From Candidatus Binatia bacterium (GTDB lineage: Bacteria > Desulfobacterota > Binatia > DP-6), in contig JBGQET010000011.1 of assembly GCA_041496545.1 (NCBI GenBank), forward strand, positions 3,731-67,730: DNA of 64,000 bases. The letters run 5' to 3'. The position numbers and the translations under genes were made by a program. The notes under the pieces were generated by a model, which ran no database searches, was not told where the DNA came from, and saw only the letters and a program-made list of their open reading frames with translations. Below, piece after piece: positions 33,137-42,190 of the stretch; the first letter of the stretch is position 1, and every line of letters starts with the position of its first letter.

Positions 33137-35045
33137 GCTCGTGCACCGCGTCCACCAGGACGCGGACGTGGTCGAGCGGCGTGGGCGGCAGGATGCCGTG
33201 CCCGAGGTTGAAGACGTGCCCCGGCCGTCCCGCCGCCTCGGCGAGCACGCGGGCCGCCTGGGCGCGGATCACGTCGGGGGGTGCGAGGAGCACGGCGGGG
33301 TCGAGGTTGCCCTGCACCGCGACGTCGCCGAGGCGCGCCCACGCCGCGTCGAGCCCGATCCGCCAGTCGAGGCCGATCACGTCGCCGCCCGCCTCCCGCA
33401 TCGCCTCGAGCAGCGCCGCCGTCTGCGTGCCGAAGTGGATCACCGGTGTGCCCGGCGTGATGCCGGCGATCAGGCGGCGCGTGTGGGGCAGCACGAAGGC
33501 GCGGTAGTCGGCGGGCGAGCACACGCCGACCCAGCTGTCGAAGAGCTGCACCGCCTGCGCGCCGGCCGCGATCTGCCCGTTCACGTACGGCACGAGGGTC
33601 GCGACCAGGCGCTCCATCAACGCCGCCCACGCGCCCGGGTCGCGGTACATGAGGGTCTTGGTGTGGAGGTGGCTCCGCGAACCCTCGCCCTCGATCAGGT
33701 ACGAGGCCAGGGTGAAGGGCGCGGCCGCGAAGCCGACCAGCGGCACGTCGGCGGGCAGGGCGGCGCGGCTCCGGCGAACCGCCTCGAAGACGTACGCCAG
33801 CGACTCGGCCGGGTCGGCGTCGAGGACGCGGTCGACGTCGGCCGGACGGCGGATGGGCCGCTCGATCACCGGTCCCTCGCCGCGCGTGTAGCGGACGGGG
33901 AAGCCGAGCGGCTCGGCGACGACTAGCAGGTCGGAGAAGAGGATGGCGGCGTCGACCCCGAGGCGCTCGACGGCGTTGACCGTCACCTCGGCGGCGAGGT
34001 CCGGCCGCCGGCAGAGCGCCAGGAAGTCCACCTGCTCGCGGAGCGCCCGGTACTCCTTCATGTAGCGGCCCGCCTGACGCATGAGCCAGACGGGCGTCGT
34101 GGGCACGGGCTCGCGCCGGCAGGCGCGGAGGAAGAGGCTCTGCTCGAGCCGGGTCCGGGCGGCGGCGGCGTCGGCGAGCACGGGCGCCGGCTCGACCACG
34201 AGTGCGCGCTTCGCGGCCAGCACGTCTCGCGCGCGCTCCGCGGCCGCGCGCACGAGGTGCCCCATCTTTGGGTGCTCCGGCTCGCCGTCCACGGGCAGAC
34301 CGAACTCGCGCAGCATCTCGCTGGTCGTCGGGCCGACGGAGAAGACGGCGACGCGACCGAGCGCGCGGCGGAGCGCGCGCCCGCGCCCGTCGCGCTCGGC
34401 GATCTGCATCAGGTGGCTCACCTGTGCGGCGTTGGTGAACAACACGACGTCGGCGCGACCGTCGACCAGCGCGCCGACGGCGTCGGCGAGGGGTGCCGTG
34501 TCCTCGGGCAGCGCCCACTGGTAGACCGGCACGCGCGTCACGACGGCGCCGCGCTCGGCGAGCCCGTCGTAGAGCGCTTCGTTCGGCATGCCGTACTCCT
34601 GCACGGCGACGCGTCGGCCCTCGACCGGCACGCGCTCGTCGAGCAGCCGCAGCAGCTCGCGCCACGTGTTCGGCTCGGCGACGACGTGCGTCGGCGTGAG
34701 CCCCAGCTCGGCGAGCGCGCGCACCGGCTTGGGACCGCGGGCCACCAGCACCGTGCGGCCGAGCGCTTCGACGACCCGGTCGCGTCGCTCTTCCAGCGCG
34801 CGCACGAGCTGCCGGGTGCCGACGCCGGTCAAGAGCACGACGACGTCCACCTCCCCGGCGAGCAGCCGCTCGCCGAAGGCGAGGACCTCGGCGCGCGGGG
34901 CGCGCGGCACCTCCCGCAGCGCGGGCGCCACCAGCGGCTCGCCGCCCTGGCGGGTGATGAGGCTCGCCATCTCGGCCGTCATCCGGCTCTCGAACGCGAC
35001 GACGCGCAGGCCGGCGAGGCCCCTTCGCTCTGGCTCCGGAGTCAG
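33096..35045 (-). CDS. hemE: Uroporphyrinogen-III synthase / uroporphyrinogen decarboxylase fusion (probable CTG start)
   Basis: HemD part LRVVAFESR, RGPKP, VYQWALP, VGPTT; HemE part PVWLMRQAGRY, ILFSDL, QLFDSW, FNLGHG. Confidence 0.92.
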   Translation of the reverse strand: MTPEPERRGLAGLRVVAFESRMTAEMASLITRQGGEPLVAPALREVPRAPRAEVLAFGERLLAGEVDVVVLLTGVGTRQLVRALEERRDRVVEALGRTVLVARGPKPVRALAELGLTPTHVVAEPNTWRELLRLLDERVPVEGRRVAVQEYGMPNEALYDGLAERGAVVTRVPVYQWALPEDTAPLADAVGALVDGRADVVLFTNAAQVSHLMQIAERDGRGRALRRALGRVAVFSVGPTTSEMLREFGLPVDGEPEHPKMGHLVRAAAERARDVLAAKRALVVEPAPVLADAAAARTRLEQSLFLRACRREPVPTTPVWLMRQAGRYMKEYRALREQVDFLALCRRPDLAAEVTVNAVERLGVDAAILFSDLLVVAEPLGFPVRYTRGEGPVIERPIRRPADVDRVLDADPAESLAYVFEAVRRSRAALPADVPLVGFAAAPFTLASYLIEGEGSRSHLHTKTLMYRDPGAWAALMERLVATLVPYVNGQIAAGAQAVQLFDSWVGVCSPADYRAFVLPHTRRLIAGITPGTPVIHFGTQTAALLEAMREAGGDVIGLDWRIGLDAAWARLGDVAVQGNLDPAVLLAPPDVIRAQAARVLAEAAGRPGHVFNLGHGILPPTPLDHVRVLVDAVHELSAGTRSSRPSGS

Positions 35046-35106
35046 CGTGGCGACGACTACGGCCGGCGGTGCCGCCCGTCAAGGCGCCGGCCGGGCGGCT
35101 CGACGC

Positions 35107-36465
35107 TCAGGCGAGGTCGGGCGGGGTGACGCGCGCGATCCAGCCGCGGTAGTCGCCCTCGTAGCCGACGGCCTGCTGTCGCGCGCGGACGCGCGCGAGC
35201 AGGCGGTCGAGGGCGTCGGGCGCGAGCGGCGGCCGGCCGCGGACCCAGGTCGCGACCTTCGTCGCGGCACTGCGTGCGGCCTCGGCAGCCGGGTCGGGGG
35301 GTGTCGGCTCGGCGGCCTGGTCGCCGTCGAGGCCGAGGAACCGCTCGACGAGATGGCCGGTCACCTCGATGCTGTGGCGGCGCGACTCGGCGATGTTGCC
35401 CTTGCCCGTGACCACGTTGCCGGTGCTGAACACGGTGTCGTAGCCCTCGAGGCGGCCAAGGTGCGGGTCGAGCCAGCGGTAGAGCACTCCGTCCTGCGCG
35501 ATGCCGGGCATCTCCTCGGGGATGCTGCCGATCGAGCTCACGACGAGCGGCGCGCGCACGTCCTCGAACTCGCCCGGCGTCGGTACCGCGCGCCCCCCCT
35601 CGACGCGCGTGCGCTGGAAGCGGAGCCCGACGAGCCGGTCGCCTTCCGTGAGGAGCCCCACCGGCACCATCTGGGGGCGGACGCGGAAGGAGTACTTCTG
35701 CATCGCCTTCTCGAGGATCTTCCGCCGCACCGACTCGAACTTCGCGCGGCGCGCGTCGTCGGCGCCTTCGGGCGCGTCGGCTAGCGGCATGTCCTCGAGG
35801 CGCCGGCGATAGAAGAGCGTCGCGCCGGCGAGCCCGAGTCGCGCCCAGTCGAGGCCGTGCGCGGCGAGCACGGCCGGGATGCCCTCGTGCTCGAGGTGGA
35901 GCATGTCCTCGACGATGCCGCGCGCGGCGAGCGCGTGGCGCACGGTCTCGATCTGGAGCGCTTTCAAGACGTCGATCGAGGCGAGACCGCCGCCCACGAC
36001 GACGGCGCCGTCGGCGACTTCGTAGCGCGGGCCGGCGTAGTCGCGCTCGGTGTAGTGGTTGAACCAGTAGATGAACGGGTTCTGGTAGAGGAGGCCCCGG
36101 CCGACGAAGGCGTCGGCGCCCTCGATCGGCAGCGGCCGGTCCCGCCACGCGCCGTGCGCGAGCAGCACCGCCGTGAAGCCCCAGTCGCGCACCAGCTCGC
36201 GGAAGTCGACGTCGCGGCCGATCTTGGTGCGCGGCACGAAGTGGACGAGCGGCCGGGCGAGCCTTTCGTTGATGGTCTCGTACTCCTTGCGGCGGAGCTT
36301 CACGTGCCAGCGCGGGAGCCCGTCCTCGATCTTGCCGTAGGGACGCGGGTTCTGCTCGAACACGACCGCGACGACGCCGTGCTCCGCGAGGATGCCCGCC
36401 GCCTCGGCGCCGGCGGTGGCGCCGCCGACGACGGCGACCACGTGTCGGGAGGCGGGGGAGGGCAT
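35107..36465 (-). CDS. FAD-dependent oxidoreductase (ferredoxin-NADP reductase-like)
   Basis: VVGGATAG, FEQNPRPYG, VVGGGLASID, VSSIG. Confidence 0.75.
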   Translation of the reverse strand: MPSPASRHVVAVVGGATAGAEAAGILAEHGVVAVVFEQNPRPYGKIEDGLPRWHVKLRRKEYETINERLARPLVHFVPRTKIGRDVDFRELVRDWGFTAVLLAHGAWRDRPLPIEGADAFVGRGLLYQNPFIYWFNHYTERDYAGPRYEVADGAVVVGGGLASIDVLKALQIETVRHALAARGIVEDMLHLEHEGIPAVLAAHGLDWARLGLAGATLFYRRRLEDMPLADAPEGADDARRAKFESVRRKILEKAMQKYSFRVRPQMVPVGLLTEGDRLVGLRFQRTRVEGGRAVPTPGEFEDVRAPLVVSSIGSIPEEMPGIAQDGVLYRWLDPHLGRLEGYDTVFSTGNVVTGKGNIAESRRHSIEVTGHLVERFLGLDGDQAAEPTPPDPAAEAARSAATKVATWVRGRPPLAPDALDRLLARVRARQQAVGYEGDYRGWIARVTPPDLA

Positions 36466-36489
36466 CGGAGCGAGAATAGCGGAAAGGGG

Positions 36490-37353
36490 TCAGCGCGGGG
36501 AAACCGGGCGGATCAGGCCCTCCTGGGCCACCGAGACGACGTGCGTGCCATCGCGCGTGAAGAGCCGGCCGGTGACGAACCCCCGGGCGCCGTGGGCCGA
36601 GGGGCTCTCCTGGGCGTAGAGGAGCCAGTCGTCGGCGCGGAAGGGGCGGTGGAACCACATGGCGTGATCCAGGCTCGCCATCATGTAGTGGGGGTCGTTC
36701 CACGCGATCGCGTGCGGCAGCGTCGCGGTGTCGAGCAGCGTCATGTCGGAGGCGTACGCCACCACGCACTGGTGCAGGACGAGCGAGTCGGGAAGTCGTC
36801 CGTTGGTCCGGATCCAGATGAGCTGGTGCGGCGGCCGCTCCACGGGATGGAAGGGGTCGACGAACTCGACCGGGCGCGTCTCGATCGGCCGCGGGCGGCG
36901 CATCCAGCGGCGGATCTCGTCGGGCACGCGCTCGAGCAGTGGCTTCACGCGCTCGGCGTAGCTCGGCAGCGTGTCGGGGTCGGGCGCCGCCGGCATCGGC
37001 GTCTGGTGCTCTGGCCCGGGCTCGGACGGCTGGAAGGAGGCCGAGAGGTGGAAGATCGCGCGGCCGTGCTGGATGGCGACGACGCGGCGGGTGGTGAAGG
37101 TGTGCCCGTCGCGGATGCGGTCGACCTCGTAGAGGATCGGCTTCGCCGGGTCGCCGGGGCGGAGAAAGTAGGCGTGCAGCGAGTGCGCGACGCCGCGCTC
37201 GACGGTGCGCCCGGCGGCGACGAGCGCCTGGCCCGCGACCTGCCCGCCGAAGACGCGCTGCCGGTGCTCCTGCGGCGAGCGACCGCGGAAAATGTTCGTC
37301 TCCAGCTCCTCGAGGTCGAGCAGTGCGAGCAAGCCTTCGAGCGCGGACGACAT
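36490..37353 (-). CDS. tesB: Acyl-CoA thioesterase II
   Basis: VFGGQVAGQAL, HSLHAYFL, YASD, SLDHAMWFH, QEGL. Confidence 0.95.
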   Translation of the reverse strand: MSSALEGLLALLDLEELETNIFRGRSPQEHRQRVFGGQVAGQALVAAGRTVERGVAHSLHAYFLRPGDPAKPILYEVDRIRDGHTFTTRRVVAIQHGRAIFHLSASFQPSEPGPEHQTPMPAAPDPDTLPSYAERVKPLLERVPDEIRRWMRRPRPIETRPVEFVDPFHPVERPPHQLIWIRTNGRLPDSLVLHQCVVAYASDMTLLDTATLPHAIAWNDPHYMMASLDHAMWFHRPFRADDWLLYAQESPSAHGARGFVTGRLFTRDGTHVVSVAQEGLIRPVSPR

Positions 37354-37463
37354 GGGGGATCGTTTTCGCACGGCACGCCCGACGTTGCACGCGGGGAGGG
37401 TTGCGCTCGCACGCCTTCCGGACTAACCCTCCGCGCACGTCACCATCGAAGGAGGTTCTTCAC

Positions 37464-38201
37464 ATGACGATTCGTTCGCGCCTCGCGCTCGCCACCGTCG
37501 CCGCCGCCACGCTCCTCCGGGTCGCGCCCGTGCACGCGGCCGCCGACCTCGACTTCCGCGAGTCGCGCCTCCAGCACGTCTGCAAGGGGGGGAACAACGG
37601 CGGCAACGTCTGCTGCAACGACGGCGACTGCCCCGGCGGCACGTGCATCGTCGACTACCTCTCGACGAAGAAGATCTCCGGCACGCTCACGCTCGTCATC
37701 GACAACGACGTCAGCAACATCGACGGCGGCCGGCTCGCCGGCGTCCAGGTCCGCTCCCTCACCACCATCCTCGAGCTGAAGGGCAAGGGCCCGATCCTGG
37801 CGCAGACCTTCCAGAAGCTCGACGGCCAGAACCTCCAGAGCCTGGTGAGCGGCCTCACCGAGGGTCCGACGGACCAGTTCGGCTTCAACTCGAGCGAGGG
37901 GCTGCTGGCCGAGAACGCGCAGCCCGGCGGCGCCGGCACGGTCCTCGACGTGAGCTTCCTCTTCTTCCGCAGCGTCGACGACGAGACGTTGAAGGCGATC
38001 CGGCTGGAGGTCGGGCTCCCGCCGACGGGGCCCGAGCTGCTCGTCGTGCAGGGGGACAAGGCCAGCCCGGTGCGCTTCGAAAATCACTTCGCGCCAGAGA
38101 ACGCGGGCGACATCGACTCGCACGACAACGACCCCTTCTCCTCGGTCCTGCGTGCCAAGGTGACGCTGCGCTTCGTGCTGCCGAAGCCGCCGCAGTGCTG
38201 A
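37464..38201 (+). CDS. Secreted hypothetical protein with N-terminal Cys module
   Basis: AAGGAGG SD; signal peptide; CKGGNNGGNVCCNDGDCPGGTC. Confidence 0.8.
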   Translation: MTIRSRLALATVAAATLLRVAPVHAAADLDFRESRLQHVCKGGNNGGNVCCNDGDCPGGTCIVDYLSTKKISGTLTLVIDNDVSNIDGGRLAGVQVRSLTTILELKGKGPILAQTFQKLDGQNLQSLVSGLTEGPTDQFGFNSSEGLLAENAQPGGAGTVLDVSFLFFRSVDDETLKAIRLEVGLPPTGPELLVVQGDKASPVRFENHFAPENAGDIDSHDNDPFSSVLRAKVTLRFVLPKPPQC

Positions 38202-38213
38202 ACGCGGCGCCGC

Positions 38214-38864
38214 TCAGCCGCGCATGCCGGTGGCGGCGGCGGCCGGATGGAGGCTCGCCTCGGCGCTCGGGCGCGCGCGGACACGCTCGAGCCATCCGCC
38301 CACGTTCCGCAGCGACGGGTCGAGCGGCTGGCCGACGGACCCGCCGAAGTCGAGCGCGGCGTAGAGGATGATGTCCGCGATCGTGAAGCGGTCGCCGACG
38401 ATGAAGCGCCGGCCGGCGATCAGCGGGTCGAGCCAACGGAGCTTGTCGCGCACGATCGCCTTGAGACCGTCGGCCGCCTCGGGCAGCACGCGCATCCGCT
38501 CGCGGAAGAGCTCCAGACCCTCGGCGTAGCGGAAGCCGTTGTAGAGGTGCTCGGTGATGCCGAGCTCGACGCGACGCTGCCACATGCGGGTCTCCGCCCG
38601 CTCCTCGGGCGTCGTCCCGATGAGGGGCGGCGTCGGGTGGCGCTCCTCGAGGTACTCGAAGATCGCCACCGTCTCGCCGATCGTGCGGCCGTCGTCGAGC
38701 TCCAGCGCGGGCACCTGCCCGCCCGGGTTCTTCGTCAGGTAGACGCCCCGGCGGTTCTCCGCGCCGAGCAGGTCGACCTGCAGGCTCGGCAGCGTGAGGC
38801 CTTTCTCCAGGAGGAACATGCGGAGCGCGCGGGGGTTCGGGCCGAAGGCGTCGTAGACTTTCAT
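38214..38864 (-). CDS. Glutathione S-transferase family
   Basis: GPNPR, KNPGGQVPALELDDG, ETVAI, GDRFTIADI. Confidence 0.92.
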   Translation of the reverse strand: MKVYDAFGPNPRALRMFLLEKGLTLPSLQVDLLGAENRRGVYLTKNPGGQVPALELDDGRTIGETVAIFEYLEERHPTPPLIGTTPEERAETRMWQRRVELGITEHLYNGFRYAEGLELFRERMRVLPEAADGLKAIVRDKLRWLDPLIAGRRFIVGDRFTIADIILYAALDFGGSVGQPLDPSLRNVGGWLERVRARPSAEASLHPAAAATGMRG

Positions 38865-38940
38865 GCCGTGCCTCGTAGCACCCCGGCGCCCCCGGCTCCA
38901 GATCCTTCTCAAGGCGCGCGGCGTGCAGTAGAGCCTCTCG

Positions 38941-40275
38941 GTGCTCGACCGTCTGTTCGCGCTCCGCGCCCGCGGCACCGACGTCGCGACCGAGCTGCTC
39001 GGCGGCGCCACCACCTTCGTCACGCTCTCCTACGTCGTCGTGGTGCAGCCGGCGGTCATGGCGACGACCGGCATGGACGCCGGCGCGGTCTTCACCGCGA
39101 CCTGCCTGGCGGCCGCCGCAGCGACGCTCACGATGGGGCTCTGGGCGCGCTACCCCATCGCGGTCGCGCCGGCGATGGGGCACAACTTCTACTTCGCGCT
39201 CGTGGTCGCGGGGCCGGTCGCGGCGGGCGGGCTCGGCTACCCGTGGCCGGTCGCGCTCGGCGCCAACTGCCTCGCCGGCGTCGCGTTCCTCGTGCTGTCC
39301 CTGGTCGGGTTGCGGGAGCGATTGATCGACGCCATCCCCGACAGTCTCAAGCACGCCATCGCCGCCGGCATCGGGCTCCTGATCGCGTTCGTCGGGCTCC
39401 AGTGGGCGGGGCTCGTGCGCCGTGCGCCCGGGACGCTGGTCGCGCTCGGCGACCTGCACCAGCCGGCGGCAGTGGTGGCCGCGGGCGGCATCCTCGTGAC
39501 CGGCGCGCTCGGCGCGCGCCGCGTGCGCGGCGCGATCCTCCTCGGCACCCTCGCGACGGGCGTGGCGGCCTGGGCGGCGGGGCTCGTGCCGTACCACGGA
39601 ATCGTCGCCGCGCCGCCCTCGCTCGCGCCGACGTTCGCGCATCTCGACGTCCGCGCCGCGCTCCGGCCCGACCTGGTGCCGGTCGTCTTCGTGCTGTTCT
39701 TCCTGGGCCTCTTCGACACGGTCGGCACGCTCGTCGGCATCGCCGAGCAGGCCGGCTTCCTGGTCGACGGCCGGTTGCCGCGGGCGCGCGAGGCGATGGC
39801 GACCGACGCGCTCGGCACGATCGTCGGCACGGTGCTCGGCACCTCGACGCTCACGGCGTACGTCGAGAGCGCGGCAGGCGTCGCGGAGGGTGCGCGCACC
39901 GGCCTCGCCAACGTCGCGACGGCCGCGCTCCTGGTGGCCGCGCTCTTCTTCGCGCCGCTCGCGCGCATGGCCGGGACGCCGGTCCAGGTCGGCGACGCCA
40001 CCTGCTACCCGGTCGTCGCACCGGCGCTCGTCATGGTGGGAAGCTTCATGATCCGGGGCGTTGCCCGGCTCCGCTTCGACGACCCGCCGGCCGCGCTCGC
40101 TTCGTTCCTCGTGCTCGTCACCATGCCATTCACCTTCTCGATCACCGAGGGCATCGCCTTCGGGTTCATCAGCTACGCCGTCCTCATGCTGGCCGCCGGC
40201 CGGGCGCGCGAGGTGCACCCGCTCCTCTGGGCGTTCGCGGTGCTGCTCGCGGCCCGCTACGCGTTCCTCCTGTGA
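38941..40275 (+). CDS. NCS2/AzgA purine permease
   Basis: APAMGHNFYF, AGIGLLIAF, FDTVGT, YVESAAG..GARTGL, MPFTFSI. Confidence 0.93.
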   Translation: MLDRLFALRARGTDVATELLGGATTFVTLSYVVVVQPAVMATTGMDAGAVFTATCLAAAAATLTMGLWARYPIAVAPAMGHNFYFALVVAGPVAAGGLGYPWPVALGANCLAGVAFLVLSLVGLRERLIDAIPDSLKHAIAAGIGLLIAFVGLQWAGLVRRAPGTLVALGDLHQPAAVVAAGGILVTGALGARRVRGAILLGTLATGVAAWAAGLVPYHGIVAAPPSLAPTFAHLDVRAALRPDLVPVVFVLFFLGLFDTVGTLVGIAEQAGFLVDGRLPRAREAMATDALGTIVGTVLGTSTLTAYVESAAGVAEGARTGLANVATAALLVAALFFAPLARMAGTPVQVGDATCYPVVAPALVMVGSFMIRGVARLRFDDPPAALASFLVLVTMPFTFSITEGIAFGFISYAVLMLAAGRAREVHPLLWAFAVLLAARYAFLL

Positions 40276-40402
40276 AGGGCGCTCGGCGTTGACGGACGCG
40301 GCACGCCGGGCGTAGGGCATGGTCGATCACCAGCGGCCGAGGACGACTAGCCGGGGGCGCGCGCCGCGCGTCAGGACGGCGTGCTGCTGACGCCGACCCG
40401 CA

Positions 40403-41248
40403 TCAGAGCGTGGGCACGCCGCGGCGCGGGCGGCCGCGCGGGAAGGCGCGCTCGAGCCGGCACACGTCGTCGGCCGAGAGGCGGAGATCGGCGGCGGCCG
40501 CGTTCTCGCGCACGTGCGTGAGGCTCGACGCCTTCGGGATGGTGAACGTCCCCGGCTCGCGGACGAGGAAGGCGAGCGCCACCTGCCGCGGCGTGGCGCC
40601 GTGCGCGCGCGCGATGTCGGTCAGGACCCGGCCACTGGGAGTTGACGCCGAGGGGAAGTGCCCGGAGCCGAACGGGCTGTAGCCGACGAGCGCGACCTCC
40701 CACTCGTGGCACCAGCGCAGGACGGCGTGCTCGATGGCGCGCTCCTCCAGGTGGTAGAGTACCTGGTTGCAGGCGATCCGCCCCGGCCCCGCGAGCGCCT
40801 GCGCTTCTTCCATCTCGTCCACCGCGAAGTTGCTGACGCCCCAGAAGCGGATCTTGCCGTCGCGCACGAGCTGCTCGAAGGCGCGGATGGTCTCTGCGAG
40901 CGGATGGCTGCCGGGCCAGTGGAGCAAGTAGAGGTCGAGGCGGTCGGTGCCGAGTCGCCGGAGGCTCGCTTCGCAGGCGCTGAGCGTGGCGGTGAAGCTC
41001 GCGTTCCGCGGCAACACCTTCGAGGCGAGGAAGACCTCGTCGCGCCGCCCCGCGATCGCCGCGCCGACCAGCTCTTCGACTCGCCCCGTGCCGTACATCT
41101 CCGCCGTGTCCACGTGCGTGAGCCCCAGGTCGAGCCCGACCCGCAGCGCGGCGAGCGCGGCTCGGCGGTCGTCGCGCTCGAGGTTCCACGTGCCCTGGCC
41201 GATGACCGGGACGTCGACGTTCGTGGGTCCGAAGGCGCGTCGCGTCAC
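40403..41248 (-). CDS. Aldo/keto reductase
   Basis: IGQGTW, DTAEMYG, SLRRLGTDRLDLYLLHWP, GVSNF, IPKAS. Confidence 0.93.
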   Translation of the reverse strand: MTRRAFGPTNVDVPVIGQGTWNLERDDRRAALAALRVGLDLGLTHVDTAEMYGTGRVEELVGAAIAGRRDEVFLASKVLPRNASFTATLSACEASLRRLGTDRLDLYLLHWPGSHPLAETIRAFEQLVRDGKIRFWGVSNFAVDEMEEAQALAGPGRIACNQVLYHLEERAIEHAVLRWCHEWEVALVGYSPFGSGHFPSASTPSGRVLTDIARAHGATPRQVALAFLVREPGTFTIPKASSLTHVRENAAAADLRLSADDVCRLERAFPRGRPRRGVPTL

Positions 41249-41301
41249 GCTTGGGGGGCGTAGCACGGCGCTCGGTCGGTCGACATCGCGGGTGCGTGGT
41301 G

Positions 41302-41330
41302 TGGACACGACGCGGTCTCGCCGCTACCAT
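41302..41330 (+). promoter_or_regulatory. Sigma70-type promoter
   Basis: TGGACA-17-TACCAT. Confidence 0.6.
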
Positions 41331-41490
41331 CGTCGTGGGTTCCGTGGGTTCCCGACCGAGGCTCACACAGGCCTCGTGCCCGGGGCAGTCACCGGGGGTC
41401 GGGGCCGGGGGACGGCATCGGCGGTCGCCTCCCGGCGGCGGGGACTCGGGTCCCGCCTGGTTTCCTCGCCGAGAGAAAGGAGGTGGTCCA

Positions 41491-41535
41491 GTGACGATAT
41501 CCCCTACGGTGATCTGTGAGGTGGTGGCCTCCTAG
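41491..41535 (+). CDS. Putative 14-aa peptide MTISPTVICEVVAS
   Basis: GTG start directly after AGAAAGGAGGTGGTCCA; TAG at 41533-41535. Confidence 0.45.
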   Translation: MTISPTVICEVVAS

Positions 41536-41589
41536 GGCTGATCCATCTTCACGTCACTGGGTCACTCTTCGAGGACCCAGGCACCACCG

Positions 41590-41663
41590 GACCCCGATGG
41601 TTCCCCGCAGTCACCGGCGGGGGCGGCTGCAGGCCGCGATAAGCCATCGGGGTCTTATTTTAT
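41590..41663 (+). terminator. Terminator-like branched stem with T-tract
   Basis: GACCCCGATGGTT / AGCCATCGGGGTC followed by TTATTTTAT. Confidence 0.6.
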
Positions 41664-41836
41664 CTGGGGGCCCATCCGGTGCTCGCGTCGGGCGCGCGCG
41701 GCGCGCACCCGACGCTCCGCTCCTCCGATGCCCCCAGACCCCGTCGGCCAGCTCGGCCGCTCTCGCGGCCGGCCTCCCTTTAAGGAAGGGCGCTCGGGGC
41801 TCGGCGCTCGCGCGCGGACGCGCTCGCGGTCGGCTC

Positions 41837-42185
41837 TCAGTGCTTGCGTGTGGCGGGGTGCGGGAGCGTGTTGCCTTCGACGCGGGGCAGGTCGTCGGTG
41901 AGGTGAGCCGGTCGAGCTTCGTCTCGACGCACTGGTGGATGCGCGGCGGGACGCGTGCGGGGTCGTCCAGGGTGGCGATGGCGACGGAGTAGTAGCGGCC
42001 GCCTTGGCCCTCGAACCGGAGGTTCGAGCCGCACTCTCCGCAGAAGCAGCGGTTGCCTTCCGGCGAGGAGACGTACGCCTCGGGCGTGCCGCGGATCAGG
42101 TGGAAGGCGTCGCCTTCGACCCAGGCGTTGGCGCTGAGCGCCGCACCGGCTCGCCGGCAGCGCGAGCAGTGGCCGTGACGCGCGG
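41837..42185 (-). pseudogene. GFA/CENP-V family protein remnant
   Basis: GHCSRCRR, RCFCGECGSNL, IATLDDP; lacks N-terminal CxC and a start; frameshift near 41900. Confidence 0.7.
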
Positions 42186-42190
42186 AGCGC

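Larger units (their letters stand above)
41337..41663 (+). ncRNA. Putative structured RNA / small-ORF transcript of unknown class
   Basis: Own promoter, many stems, GCAGTCACCGG repeated twice, terminal 13-bp stem plus T-tract. Confidence 0.6.

Noticed and set aside
37371-37389. Sigma54-like CGGCAC...TTGCA upstream of 37464
   Set aside because: Spacing is N8 rather than the required N5
40289-40390. TTGACG..TAGGGC followed by a 23-codon ORF
   Set aside because: The ATG abuts the -10 element, there is no SD and the peptide has no recognisable features
41474-41491. 16S rRNA fragment or PCR-primer artefact
   Set aside because: Similarity stops after 18 nt, differs at one base, and is embedded in coherent local structure; no other rRNA sequence is present
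41337-41663. tmRNA, RNase P, SRP or 6S RNA identity
   Set aside because: I found no T-arm/acceptor-stem CCA end, no GAGGAAAGUCC, no SRP domain IV motif and no single long rod; an Rfam scan is still needed
41516-41992. 158-aa ORF MRWWPPRAD...
   Set aside because: It crosses a terminator-like structure and a pseudogene; composition is not protein-like
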